DNA of 63,361 nt, counting the filler, from Anaerolineae bacterium (GTDB taxonomy: Bacteria; Chloroflexota; Anaerolineae; Epilineales; Epilineaceae): assembly GCA_029262755.1 (NCBI GenBank). It is 5 parts of 5 records of this genome, joined end to end, with 100 filler letters (N's around TTAATTAATTAA, not from the genome) between each part and the next. Parts side by side here need not be neighbours in the genome. Positions count along the whole stretch, not along the records: positions 1 to 17,807 come from JAJCYU010000182.1; positions 17,908 to 28,743 come from JAJCYU010000183.1; 3 more parts are not named here. The stretch is one strand, 5' to 3'. Shown here piece after piece: positions 10,601 to 20,066 of this stretch. The position numbers were made by a program, and so were the translations under genes. Under the pieces are notes generated by a model. That model was not told where the DNA came from. It searched no databases and worked only from the letters and a program-made list of their open reading frames with translations. Each line of letters begins with the position of its first letter. Position 1 is the stretch's first letter.

Positions 10601-12580
10601 ATGAACCGCCTCCGATCCGCCTTGTGCGGTGGGCTCGTGCTCACGGTTGTCGCCGTAGGCGCCCTCATCCCGATGCGCGGTGAAATCTCGGCTGCTCCGG
10701 CGCAACAGCGCGGTGTGCGTGCCGACATCTACATGAGCGCAGTGACCGACGGCATGCGCGCGCGCAACTTTGTTGGCGCCACGAACCAGTTGCACGCCGT
10801 AGTCGAGTACGAAAATGCAGCCGGCGAACAATTTGACGTGCAGTTGCGCGATCTTTCCGGCATCGTCGTCAAGCGATCACGAACCGCGCCCTTGCGTGGT
10901 GACGGCAAGACTTCGGTAGCGATCGTCGTGCAGGACTTCGTCGATAGCTACGCGGCCGGCCTCGATTCCCTCGTGCATGCGCCCGCGAGTAGCGGCGTCG
11001 GCAGCGGTGGGCTTGATGAGACCATCGCTTCCACAGTTTTCAATTGTGAGAACCGCCCTGATGTACCCGTGCCGTGGCCGCCTGCCGTGCCGACGCCTAA
11101 TCCGGGCTCACCGCCGCCGACGCAGTCGCCGCCAGACCCCTACACCTTGTGGCTCAAGTCGACGTTGACGCTGGTGGATAGCGGTCGGTTGACGATGGCC
11201 GAAATCACCCGGACGAGCCAGGCGCTGCTCGGCTTGCCGGACATGCAGGGGGCCGGCGCTGCTGCCGCGGCCGATTTGGCTGCAGCCAACGCTCTGTATA
11301 GCCAGGTGTCCAAGCAGTTGGCTCGCGTCCCCGCGTTGCTGCAGCCGCCGGACGGCGCCGTACAGCCGGATCCCGATGCAGGTTGTGCGTTGGTGACCAT
11401 GGCTTCGCAGCAGGCGCAGCAGGCGTCGACCCGCATCGATGCGGCGCTGGCTGCTCTGCCTGACGACGTCTCCAATTGGACCTTGCCCGACACCTCCGCC
11501 CGCTATGACGGGCAGCGATTCGTCGCGTGCGAGCAGTACAGCACGGAGCTGTACTTGGTGGTCAACAATCAGCCCTCCGACACGCCCGCGGACTCCGCCC
11601 TCTGGACGCTTGGCGATCCCGGCGAGCCGGCCCTGATCTTTGCCGGTCCCGAGCAGACCGACTCGACATCAATCGGCACCTTGGCGCTGAGCTATCCCGA
11701 CGGCGCAACCCAGATCTTTGCGCGCTCGGTACTTGTTGAGGGCGTCAATCATTCGGCGCGTGTCGGTGCGTTTGTCACCGATCGCAACTGTCGGCCTGTG
11801 AGCGGCGGACGTATCAACTTCCGAATGGACCCGGATGGATTCGGAACGTTGAGTAGCGCGAGCGAGCCGATCGTGGACGGCATCGCACAGGTGACGTTCA
11901 TGGCCGGCGATGACGTGCCCGAGCAGACCAACCTACCTGCGCCCCAGCGTGGGCGCATTCAGGTGTTGGGTCAGGTTGGTGAAGGACCGAGCGAGGTCAA
12001 TGCCGGCACGGAGTTCAACGTGACGGGACCGGCCGCGACGTTCCGGATCATCGTGAGCCCCAAGGTCATCAATCCTTTGGAAGGCGATCGGGGCGGCATC
12101 ACGGTGGAGGTCAGGGACCGCAACGGCAACAAGGTGGCCGACGGCACCCAGGTCATGCTGCGCGTGAAGGAAGGCAGCCGCGGCCAACTGGCTTATGAGC
12201 AGCGACGCGGCGCAGGTCCGTGGGAGCTGGTCGTGGCGGGTACGGAGATCGAATTGATCGCCCGCAGCGGCAACACGGTGCTGCCCGTCGATCCGGATCC
12301 GGGCGTGACACGCCGACAGGCGGTGTACCTCATCCCGTTTGGTGGCGACGGCCCCGTGACGCTCATCGCGGAAGCGGACGGCGCAACCGGCGATTCCGAC
12401 GCGTTGGAGGGCGGGCAGACCCGTCCGACGCTCTTCATCCAAAGCTACGCCGAGATCTACTTGCCTGGCGTTCTGAAGGACGCGAAGAGCCTTCCGCGGC
12501 CTTCGCCCAACCAGCCGCATCCCACGCCTTCGCCGCGTCCGACGCAAACGCCGTATCCGACCCTGACGCCCCGCCCGTAG
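10601..12580 (+). CDS. Secreted protein: Ig-like domain with helical insert, two invasin/Big_1-like Ig domains, near-C-terminal IYLP motif
   Basis: AAGGAG RBS; signal peptide; 'VTDRNCRPVSGGRINF...DGIAQVTF' and 'ITVEVRDRNGNKVADGTQV' resemble Big_1 domains; EIYLPGVLK followed by a Pro/Thr tail. Confidence 0.8.
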   Translation: MNRLRSALCGGLVLTVVAVGALIPMRGEISAAPAQQRGVRADIYMSAVTDGMRARNFVGATNQLHAVVEYENAAGEQFDVQLRDLSGIVVKRSRTAPLRGDGKTSVAIVVQDFVDSYAAGLDSLVHAPASSGVGSGGLDETIASTVFNCENRPDVPVPWPPAVPTPNPGSPPPTQSPPDPYTLWLKSTLTLVDSGRLTMAEITRTSQALLGLPDMQGAGAAAAADLAAANALYSQVSKQLARVPALLQPPDGAVQPDPDAGCALVTMASQQAQQASTRIDAALAALPDDVSNWTLPDTSARYDGQRFVACEQYSTELYLVVNNQPSDTPADSALWTLGDPGEPALIFAGPEQTDSTSIGTLALSYPDGATQIFARSVLVEGVNHSARVGAFVTDRNCRPVSGGRINFRMDPDGFGTLSSASEPIVDGIAQVTFMAGDDVPEQTNLPAPQRGRIQVLGQVGEGPSEVNAGTEFNVTGPAATFRIIVSPKVINPLEGDRGGITVEVRDRNGNKVADGTQVMLRVKEGSRGQLAYEQRRGAGPWELVVAGTEIELIARSGNTVLPVDPDPGVTRRQAVYLIPFGGDGPVTLIAEADGATGDSDALEGGQTRPTLFIQSYAEIYLPGVLKDAKSLPRPSPNQPHPTPSPRPTQTPYPTLTPRP

Positions 12581-12639
12581 CGGGCTAGCGCTTCGGACCC
12601 GTGATGCGGGGCCGGGCGCGAGGCGTTGTCGGAGCAATC

Positions 12640-12674
12640 AAGTGCCCCCCGGTCCAACGGACCGGGGGGCACTT
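12640..12674 (+). terminator. Terminator hairpin after the secreted-protein cluster
   Basis: Perfect 16-bp stem AAGTGCCCCCCGGTCC-aac-GGACCGGGGGGCACTT. Confidence 0.7.
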
Positions 12675-12963
12675 CGCTTGTAGGCTTACACGAGGCGTAG
12701 CGGCTACACAGTGGAGGAGTAGAGGCGAGGGGAGCCCTCGGAGCGCATGGAGCGCGTGGAGCCCCTGCAGCCCTCGGAGCGTCGACTAAGAGGCGTGAAG
12801 CCTCGCAGCAACAAGCGGGGCAGCCAGCGGGGATCGAGCAAGCGCGTTCGCGCGAGGGCGCCGCGAACGACCATGGGCGCGGTGCGACCGCAAAAGGAGT
12901 CGCGCGACGGGGCTAGCTTGTTGGAAATCGCGCGCAGAATGGACGCAGATCGCGATCGCACAA

Positions 12964-13001
12964 GAGCAAGGCCCGGGATTCGAAAATCCCGGGCCTTGCT
13001 C
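12964..13001 (-). terminator. Terminator hairpin after the S8 protease gene
   Basis: Perfect 17-bp stem GAGCAAGGCCCGGGATT-cgaa-AATCCCGGGCCTTGCTC. Confidence 0.7.
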
Positions 13002-13064
13002 GCTCATTCGATTGCGTCGATCGTCGACGATGCTGTTGGGGCCGTGGAGCGTGGCCCCCGAGGG

Positions 13065-16000
13065 CTAGGGTCGATTGGCACGCGCCAACTTCACCGTCCA
13101 ATAGTGCTGGTACGGCGAGCCCGTGCTGAACAAGTAGTGAGCGCCGATGTGCGTCAGGTCCGGATTGAGCAGCACGTCTCGTTGGCCTTGGTTCATCCAT
13201 GCCTCCACAACGGTGCTCGGATCGCCGTTCGCGGCTGCCAGCATCTCTTCGACCATGATGGCATCGAAGCCGGCACGGGTGACGCGCATCATGGGATCCG
13301 AGCCATCACTGCCGGTATGGCTGAAGAAGCGGTTGCGCACCATGTCCTCATTGTGCAGAGCCGAAGCCTGCGATAGGCGCGTGCTCACCTCAAGCGGCAG
13401 GCCGCCGTTTTCCAGACGAGTGCGGTTGATATCGTTGATCAGCTCCGTGATGCGTGCCTGATCCTCGGGTGACTTGGTCGGCACGGGTTCTGCGCTTCCC
13501 GGCGGTCCGACGACGATCTCGAGCTTCGGCGGCGTCCGCCTTCCGGGCCCGTAGCCGCTGTCCCAGTCCATGATGTTGCTCACACCGCCCGATGGGCCGT
13601 CGATCCGGAACGAAACCCGGCCGGTAGTCGCGGCGCGGAACTCAAGCTCGCGCAGTTGCAGGCCCTGCAACACAAAGCTGTTCTCGCGGCCGATGCCGAA
13701 ATCCGCTTGACGCAGTTCCGGCACGAGCGACGAGCTGATGCGTGCGCTGTGCAGGCTCGCAAAGTTCGACGAGCGCCATCCAGCATCCTCGGCGGCGGTC
13801 AGCATCTTCACGTCCCATAGCCCGTTGCCGATGCTCGACAAGTAGCGGGTATTCTGGCCTGTGAGGGTCAGTCGGGCCCAGCGTATCTCCGTGCCCGTCG
13901 GGATCGCATCGAGCTGGAATTGCATGCCGCCGTGATAGCCCCGCGTCTGATAGTAGCCCGTGAAGGTGTTGTCGTCCCCGAAGTGGTTGAAGGCCTCGTA
14001 CTGGCGCACGTAGCCGACATCCTCGCGTAGGGGCACGATCTCGAAGGGCGTGTCGGAAGGCAGCTGCGTGGGTGGTGGCGGAGGAAGCGTGCGGGTCGGT
14101 ACGGGCGTTGGGGGCGGCGGAGGCGCGGTCGCGGTTGCCGTGGGCGGCAGCGATGTCGCCGTGGCCGGCGCGCTGGTCGCTGTTGGACCCGCGGTAGGCG
14201 GCGGTGGGGTGTCGGTGGCCACTGGCAACGGAGTCGCGGTCGCGCTTGGCGGCGGGGCGACGCCGAGTCGATAGAGCACGACGAGCCGCGGACCCGGATA
14301 TAGGGTGTCGTCTCCGTGCCCGGTGTCCCAGGTAAACAGGTTGGAGAACGAGCCGCTCGTCGGACCATCGGTCCGCACACTCAACCGGGCGGAGCCGAGG
14401 CGCCGTGCGGCCAAGAGATCGACCTGCGAGGAATCGAAGACAAAGGTGTTGACCATGCCCTCATCCAGGTCGTTCGTGCCGAGCAGCGGCAGCAATGTGG
14501 CGTCGATGGCCGCGTTGTGAATGCCGCTGTAGCCCTCGTTCGCGAAGTTGCCGTCGATCTCGGTGCGAAGCATGTTCACCGACCAGGTGCCTACGCTGCC
14601 GAGAAACTCGCGAGAACGCCCCGTCAATTCCAGGCGCGCAGCCGCGATCGTCGCTTCGCGAGGGATCAGGTCCAGGTCGAATTGCGCGGCGCCGTGATAG
14701 GTGCGGCCATTCCACGTGCCGGTGTAGGTGTCTTCGTCGTCGAAGTGATTGAGGCTCGGCTGGCTGCTGACCACCCAGCCCACGCGATTGTTCTCCGGCA
14801 TCAGCACGACCTCGATCATGTCGGGGGGCGTGACCGGAGTCGGCGTGGGCGGAGCGTTGGTTGCGGTCGGGCCGACCGTCGGGCCTGGAACGGCCGTCGC
14901 GGGTAGCGCCGGCGTCGGAGCGGGGCCCGTGGTCGGGCGCGTGCCGAAGGTGACCGTCCAGTAGTTGCGGGCACTGAAGGGGCTGCCGTTGAGGAAGTGG
15001 CCGGCGCCCAACTCCGTGCAAACATTGCACAGGATGATGGCGCGGTGCGCAGGACTATTCATCCACGCCGAAACGACGGTGGTTGGAGAGTCCTGGCCAC
15101 AGCCGATGATCTCGCTAAACGGATCGGTATAGCCGGCGTCCCGCATTCGCTCGTACGCCGTGCTGCCGTCGCTGCCGTCGTGCGTGCAGAAGGTATTGGT
15201 GGCCATGTCGGTAGCGTGGCGTAGTGACGCCTGGCGTAGGGCGGGGCTCGTGTGCAACAGGTGCAAGCCGACGAGCGATCGCTCGATGTTGATGAGCTCC
15301 TCCACCTGCAATGTGAAGTCGCTTGACGGCGTCGGGGATGCGGCCGGAACCGGCGTCGCGCCACCGTCGGGCGCAGGCGTTGGCGGCGTGGTCGTACCGG
15401 GCGCTTGCTGGACGGCGCGTCCGGCGTGGATACGTCCCCAGCCGAAGAGGGGATCCCACCCGCGGTCGCCGAGATCCTCGGCGGACTGCTCCATGATTGT
15501 TTCGATCTGCGCCGGCGTCCGATTCGGATTCTGGGCGACGAGCAAGGCTGCGACGCCGGCCGCGACCGGGCACGCCATGCTCGTTCCGCTCCAAGCCTGG
15601 TAGCTGCCCGAGCTCACGGTCGAGAGAATGCCGACCCCGGGTGCGGCAACATCGACATACGTGCCGAAGTTAGAGAAGCTTGCCCGCTGATCGGATTGGG
15701 TCGTCGCGGCAACACCGATGACGCCGTCGTACGCAGCCGGATAGCTCGGGTTGGACGTATTCTCGTTGCCGGCAGCGGCGAGCACCACGACGCCTTCACC
15801 GATCGCATACTCCACGGCGCGCCGCAGTGTCGACGATGTGAAGAAGCCGCCGAGGCTCATGTTTACCACGTCCGCGCCGCGGTCCACGGCCCAGGTGATG
15901 GAATTGGCGATCGAAGAGTGGCTGCCGTTGCCCGTGCGGTTGAGCGCCTTCATGGGCATGATGCGGGCGTCGAAACCCGTGGCGGCGATACCGATGCCGT

Positions 16001-16769
16001 TGTTGGTCGCGGCGGCGGCAATACCGGCCACGTGCGTGCCATGCCCGTTGTCGTCCGCCGGGTTTGCATCGTCGTTGACGAAGTCGTAGCCGGCGACGCA
16101 GCGGCCGTTCAGGTCTTGGTGTGAGCAATTGACGCCCGTGTCGATGATCGCAATGGTAACGCCGACACCACGCGAAACATCCCACGCTTGTGCGCTACCG
16201 ATCTTGGCATGGTGCCATTGACGGCTGTAATAGGGATCGTTGGGGGTCAGCATGAGATCGAGGAGGCCGAAGGAATCGTCCGGCGGCTGTGGTCGATCGG
16301 CGCCGTTGCCGAGCGGTGGGCTGATCGGGTCGGGCCAGCCTTGAATCATGGCTAGATAGTCGGGTTCCGCGAACGCTACACCCTGCTGCGATTGGTATGC
16401 GGTCACCAACGCGAGCGTGTCCGCCCCGGTGTTGAAGCGCAGGACTTGGACGTCCAGCTCCGGCAGCTGCCGGATGACCTGGGCACCGAATCGCGCATGC
16501 AGCGCTGCCTTTTCCTCGTCCGGCGTGTCACCGCGGAATCCGACCAACAGCCGGTCCTCGACGTAGCCGCCGTCGTCCTCGTCTTGCGTTCCGAACGAGG
16601 AGTCCGCGCGGAGAATCGGCGGTGGCCCGTCGTCGGGCTGCGCGGCGGACAGCGAGCGCGGCATGGGTGCCGTGCTCGCCGCGAGCGTTGCCAGTACGGT
16701 CAGGGCTGCCAGCCCCAATCCTCGAATGCTCCACGGTCCAGCCTGCGGCAATCGTGGTTGGTCGCTCAT
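13065..16769 (-). CDS. Secreted subtilisin-like (S8, thermitase-type) serine protease with pro-domain, two CAP/SCP domains and two DNRLRE-like domains
   Basis: Catalytic triad motifs IIDTG, HGTHVAG, GTSMACP; oxyanion AAGN; CAP motifs 'LINIER...HATDMA...H.GSDGS...WMNSPAHR...YWTVTF' twice; start MSDQ after GGAGG. Confidence 0.9.
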   Translation of the reverse strand: MSDQPRLPQAGPWSIRGLGLAALTVLATLAASTAPMPRSLSAAQPDDGPPPILRADSSFGTQDEDDGGYVEDRLLVGFRGDTPDEEKAALHARFGAQVIRQLPELDVQVLRFNTGADTLALVTAYQSQQGVAFAEPDYLAMIQGWPDPISPPLGNGADRPQPPDDSFGLLDLMLTPNDPYYSRQWHHAKIGSAQAWDVSRGVGVTIAIIDTGVNCSHQDLNGRCVAGYDFVNDDANPADDNGHGTHVAGIAAAATNNGIGIAATGFDARIMPMKALNRTGNGSHSSIANSITWAVDRGADVVNMSLGGFFTSSTLRRAVEYAIGEGVVVLAAAGNENTSNPSYPAAYDGVIGVAATTQSDQRASFSNFGTYVDVAAPGVGILSTVSSGSYQAWSGTSMACPVAAGVAALLVAQNPNRTPAQIETIMEQSAEDLGDRGWDPLFGWGRIHAGRAVQQAPGTTTPPTPAPDGGATPVPAASPTPSSDFTLQVEELINIERSLVGLHLLHTSPALRQASLRHATDMATNTFCTHDGSDGSTAYERMRDAGYTDPFSEIIGCGQDSPTTVVSAWMNSPAHRAIILCNVCTELGAGHFLNGSPFSARNYWTVTFGTRPTTGPAPTPALPATAVPGPTVGPTATNAPPTPTPVTPPDMIEVVLMPENNRVGWVVSSQPSLNHFDDEDTYTGTWNGRTYHGAAQFDLDLIPREATIAAARLELTGRSREFLGSVGTWSVNMLRTEIDGNFANEGYSGIHNAAIDATLLPLLGTNDLDEGMVNTFVFDSSQVDLLAARRLGSARLSVRTDGPTSGSFSNLFTWDTGHGDDTLYPGPRLVVLYRLGVAPPPSATATPLPVATDTPPPPTAGPTATSAPATATSLPPTATATAPPPPPTPVPTRTLPPPPPTQLPSDTPFEIVPLREDVGYVRQYEAFNHFGDDNTFTGYYQTRGYHGGMQFQLDAIPTGTEIRWARLTLTGQNTRYLSSIGNGLWDVKMLTAAEDAGWRSSNFASLHSARISSSLVPELRQADFGIGRENSFVLQGLQLRELEFRAATTGRVSFRIDGPSGGVSNIMDWDSGYGPGRRTPPKLEIVVGPPGSAEPVPTKSPEDQARITELINDINRTRLENGGLPLEVSTRLSQASALHNEDMVRNRFFSHTGSDGSDPMMRVTRAGFDAIMVEEMLAAANGDPSTVVEAWMNQGQRDVLLNPDLTHIGAHYLFSTGSPYQHYWTVKLARANRP

Positions 16770-17430
16770 CCTGCCTCCCTCCGAGCCATTGCGTCTCGGT
16801 GCCGTGTGCACGGCGCGTCGATTGACACGCTGTACGGGGGGAGCGAGCCTTCCCGTGAATCGGTGGCGCCCTGTCCCTGGCGCGCCGCCTTCCCCACTCA
16901 CTCCGAGCGCTGTCGTCCTACACCTGCGCGTAACGCACAGGGCAGGACCACGTTATGGTGGCGCGAGGGGCGACCGGAGCACGATCCCGTCTCAGCTCGG
17001 GCAGGGGCAGACCCAGGATCATGCTTCGGCGCCCCTCGCTTTTTCCGTTGTAAACCCGACGATCGCTCATTAACTGCGAAGCCTTCGACGGGCGTGCTGC
17101 CACAACCACCCGGGCTTGCCGGGTGACGAGTTTGCACGCGAATGTGTGGGGCACATGCGTGGCGGTCGGTGGGAGACCGTCCCACTTCGTGGCGGGGGCA
17201 CTGATCTTGGTTGCTGGACTATGGATACCATGATCCCCCCGAAGGGTCTATACGATCCAGCCCGTCCCTAGTTAATCTATCATTAAGATAGTCCGGCCGC
17301 GCCAGGCAAGAGTGTACGTGGAATGCTGCAACTCCGCCGGTCGCGGGACCCGCACCAAGGCAACGCGCACCCCACGACTCCCCGACGCTCCCATGGCCCA
17401 ACGCGTCGGCCATCCACTACACTTCGGCCC

Positions 17431-17807
17431 ATGAATAGCCTCCCGATCCCTCGGTGTTGCCGACGCCGGGGTGGCCTCGGAGTGCGTGCGGTCCGCCGGC
17501 CTCAACGTCCGGCCGCGGCCCATCGATGCTCCGTTGCCATCCTGCTCGCGTTGATGCTTGCGGCGGGCGGATCGGGCCGCGATCCGCTGCGGCGCGTGTC
17601 CGCGCAGCAGGACGTGCCTGCGCTCCTCGCGTCGTTGTCCGCGGAACGAAAAGTGGGCCAACTCTTCCTTGTTCCCTTCGAAGGAAACGACGTGAGCGAG
17701 GGGACCGCGATCGCTGCCTTGATTGCCGAGTATGGGGTCGGCGGGGTCGTGTTGTCGCCGGGGCAGTCCAACTTCGTCAACAGAGACGACGCGGCGGCGG
17801 ACGTGGC
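17431..17807 (+). CDS. Glycoside hydrolase family 3 (NagZ-like) N-terminus, truncated by contig end
   Basis: Signal peptide then 'LLASLSAERKVGQLFLVPFEG...LIAEYGVGGVVL...NF', the typical start of the GH3 TIM barrel; start codon uncertain. Confidence 0.75.
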
Positions 17808-17907
17808 NNNNNNNNNNNNNNNNNNNNNNNNNNNNNNNNNNNNNNNNNNNNTTAATTAATTAANNNNNNNNNNNNNNNNNNNNNNNNNNNNNNNNNNNNN
17901 NNNNNNN
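17808..17907. other. Artificial contig-joining spacer
   Basis: N-run/TTAATTAATTAA/N-run of 100 bp with stops in all frames. Confidence 0.98.
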
Positions 17908-18158
17908 GCACAAGCCGTCGAGCTCCGCAGCGAGCGGCGCGACGTGCGTGACGTGGTGCGTCCTGCGGCGGGCCGCTCGATCGTACGCACAACGCGTCAT
18001 CGGACCAGTCGCACGGGACGTTGTGGATCATTGCGGTTCGTGGCACTCGCGACGACCGACCGTAGAGGCCGAACGAACCGGATCCGCATGCTGCTCTCGA
18101 TACAGACACACGCTTGATCTACCCTGCATCCAACCGAGACGATCACGAGGCGAGGCGT

Positions 18159-19970
18159 ATGAACACGCAGCACGAACTCTCCCGTAGACCGACCATCGCC
18201 CTCCACCGCGTAGTGCTCTGCGCGCTCGTCGTCGCCGGCGTACTCGCCGTGCGCGCCGCGACGCCGCCGGTAGGCGCGCGGCCGCTGGAGCGATCGTCGG
18301 CGTTGGCGCAGTCGCCCGCCCTCCTGCTCGTGAGCCGCACGCCGGACGGCGGCTCGGGCGCCGGCTTCAGCGGCGACGCGTCCGTCTCCGGAGACGGACA
18401 GCGCGTCGCGTTCACGAGCGCAGCGACCGATCTCGTGGCCTCGGACACGAACGGTGCGACCGATGTCTTCCTGCGCGACGGCGCGACCGGCGCGCTCGCC
18501 CTGCTCAACGTTGACGCGAACGGCGCGCCTTCGCCGGCGCGCGCGCTCATGCCGGATCTGTCCGATGACGGCCGCTGGCTCGTGTTCCGCGCCGACGCGG
18601 ACCTCACGGCGACCGGCGCCACACGGGGCGGCATCTACCGCCGCGACGTCGATACCGGCGCGCTTCGCCTTGTCGCGGCCGCGGACGCCGACCCGCGCGG
18701 CGCGCATGACGATCCGGTCGTCTCCGCGGACGGGCGGCTCGTGGCCTTCGTGAGCACATCGACGCTCGCCGGCGTCGCGCCGGGTGGCACGGCGCGCGCG
18801 ATGGTTTGGGACGCGTCGACGGGCACCCTGCGTCGCGTGCCGACCGTGCTCGACCCAACCGAGCGCATCGAGCAGGTCGCGATCTCCGGCGACGGCCGCG
18901 TGCTCGCGTTGGTCGTACGCGTCGTGCCGGCCGGCGGCGCGCCCTCGGACGCAGCCGCCCAGGTGTTCGTGCTCGATCTGGCGCGCTTGGACGTCGATCC
19001 GGCGCCTACGGTGGAGTTGGTGAGCGTGGCCGTCGACGCCGGTCCGGGCAACGGAAACAGCATGGAGCCGACGCTCTCCTTCGACGGTGGCCGCGTGGCC
19101 TTCACGTCCGTGGCCACCGACCTCGTGGACGAGGACATCAACGGCGTCAGCGACGTCTTCCTCCGCGACCGCGCCACGGCCCGGACGACGGCCATCACGG
19201 AGGTCGTACCGGACGACAACGTCTACCACCCGGGCGATTCCGCCGAGCCCTCCCTCTCGGCCGACGGCGAGCGCCTCGCCTTCGCCTCGCTCATGCACAC
19301 CCTGACCGCCGGCGACCGCAACAGCGCGTGGGACATCTTCGTGCACGACATCGCGCCGCGCCGCACGATCCGCGTCAGCCTACGCGAGGACGGCGGCGAG
19401 AGCGTCGCCGGCAGCTGGGCGCCGTCGCTGTCGGGCGATGGCACACGCGTGGCCTTCACGAGCCTCGATCCCCTCGTGACCGAGGACGGCGACGAGGAGG
19501 CCGATGTCTACCTGCTCGACCTCGAAGGCGTCCACGAGCCGCGCCCCGCGGCCACGCATCCACCCCACCCGACGAGCCCCGCGACGGCCAGCCCGACGGC
19601 GTCGAGCGAACCACCGCCGGGAGCCGGCACCGCGACGGCGACCGCGACGCCGCACGGCCCACCTTCGGCGTCAGCGACGGCCATGGCGACGTCCCTTTCG
19701 ACGATAACGGCTCCCGCTCCACATCCGACCGCGAGCGGCGCGACCGCGACGCCGGCGCACCCGACGGCCGGACATCCGACCGCGACCGCCACGCCGCACG
19801 GCGCGCACCCGACGGTCACGCCGACCACGCCGCACGGTGCGCACCCGACCGCGACGACGGCGCCGGGGCACGCGAGCCCGACGTCCGATCCGCACGGTGC
19901 GCGGGGCAGCGAGGGGCCGCCGTGGCGTTTGTATCTACCGCGGCTGGTGCGCGGGCCGGCCTCGGGCTAA
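18159..19970 (+). CDS. Secreted TolB-like/PD40 (WD40-like) beta-propeller protein with His-rich Pro/Thr linker and C-terminal LYLP motif
   Basis: Repeated 'S.S.DG..VAF.S.AT.LV..D.NG..DVF.RD' blades; ends WRLYLPRLVRGPASG. Confidence 0.85.
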   Translation: MNTQHELSRRPTIALHRVVLCALVVAGVLAVRAATPPVGARPLERSSALAQSPALLLVSRTPDGGSGAGFSGDASVSGDGQRVAFTSAATDLVASDTNGATDVFLRDGATGALALLNVDANGAPSPARALMPDLSDDGRWLVFRADADLTATGATRGGIYRRDVDTGALRLVAAADADPRGAHDDPVVSADGRLVAFVSTSTLAGVAPGGTARAMVWDASTGTLRRVPTVLDPTERIEQVAISGDGRVLALVVRVVPAGGAPSDAAAQVFVLDLARLDVDPAPTVELVSVAVDAGPGNGNSMEPTLSFDGGRVAFTSVATDLVDEDINGVSDVFLRDRATARTTAITEVVPDDNVYHPGDSAEPSLSADGERLAFASLMHTLTAGDRNSAWDIFVHDIAPRRTIRVSLREDGGESVAGSWAPSLSGDGTRVAFTSLDPLVTEDGDEEADVYLLDLEGVHEPRPAATHPPHPTSPATASPTASSEPPPGAGTATATATPHGPPSASATAMATSLSTITAPAPHPTASGATATPAHPTAGHPTATATPHGAHPTVTPTTPHGAHPTATTAPGHASPTSDPHGARGSEGPPWRLYLPRLVRGPASG

Positions 19971-20066
19971 GCAGGTCTGTTGGTTTCGTGATGAGCGACA
20001 CAGGTCACGCTCCGCTCGCGGCCTCTCGCGGGCGACCGCCGCCCGGGTCACCGCCAAGGCCGTCGC

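Noticed and set aside
16932..17020. ACGCACAGGGCA resembling the start of a c-di-GMP-I riboswitch
   Set aside because: The downstream GNRA loop, GACGCAAAG and CUAA elements are absent.
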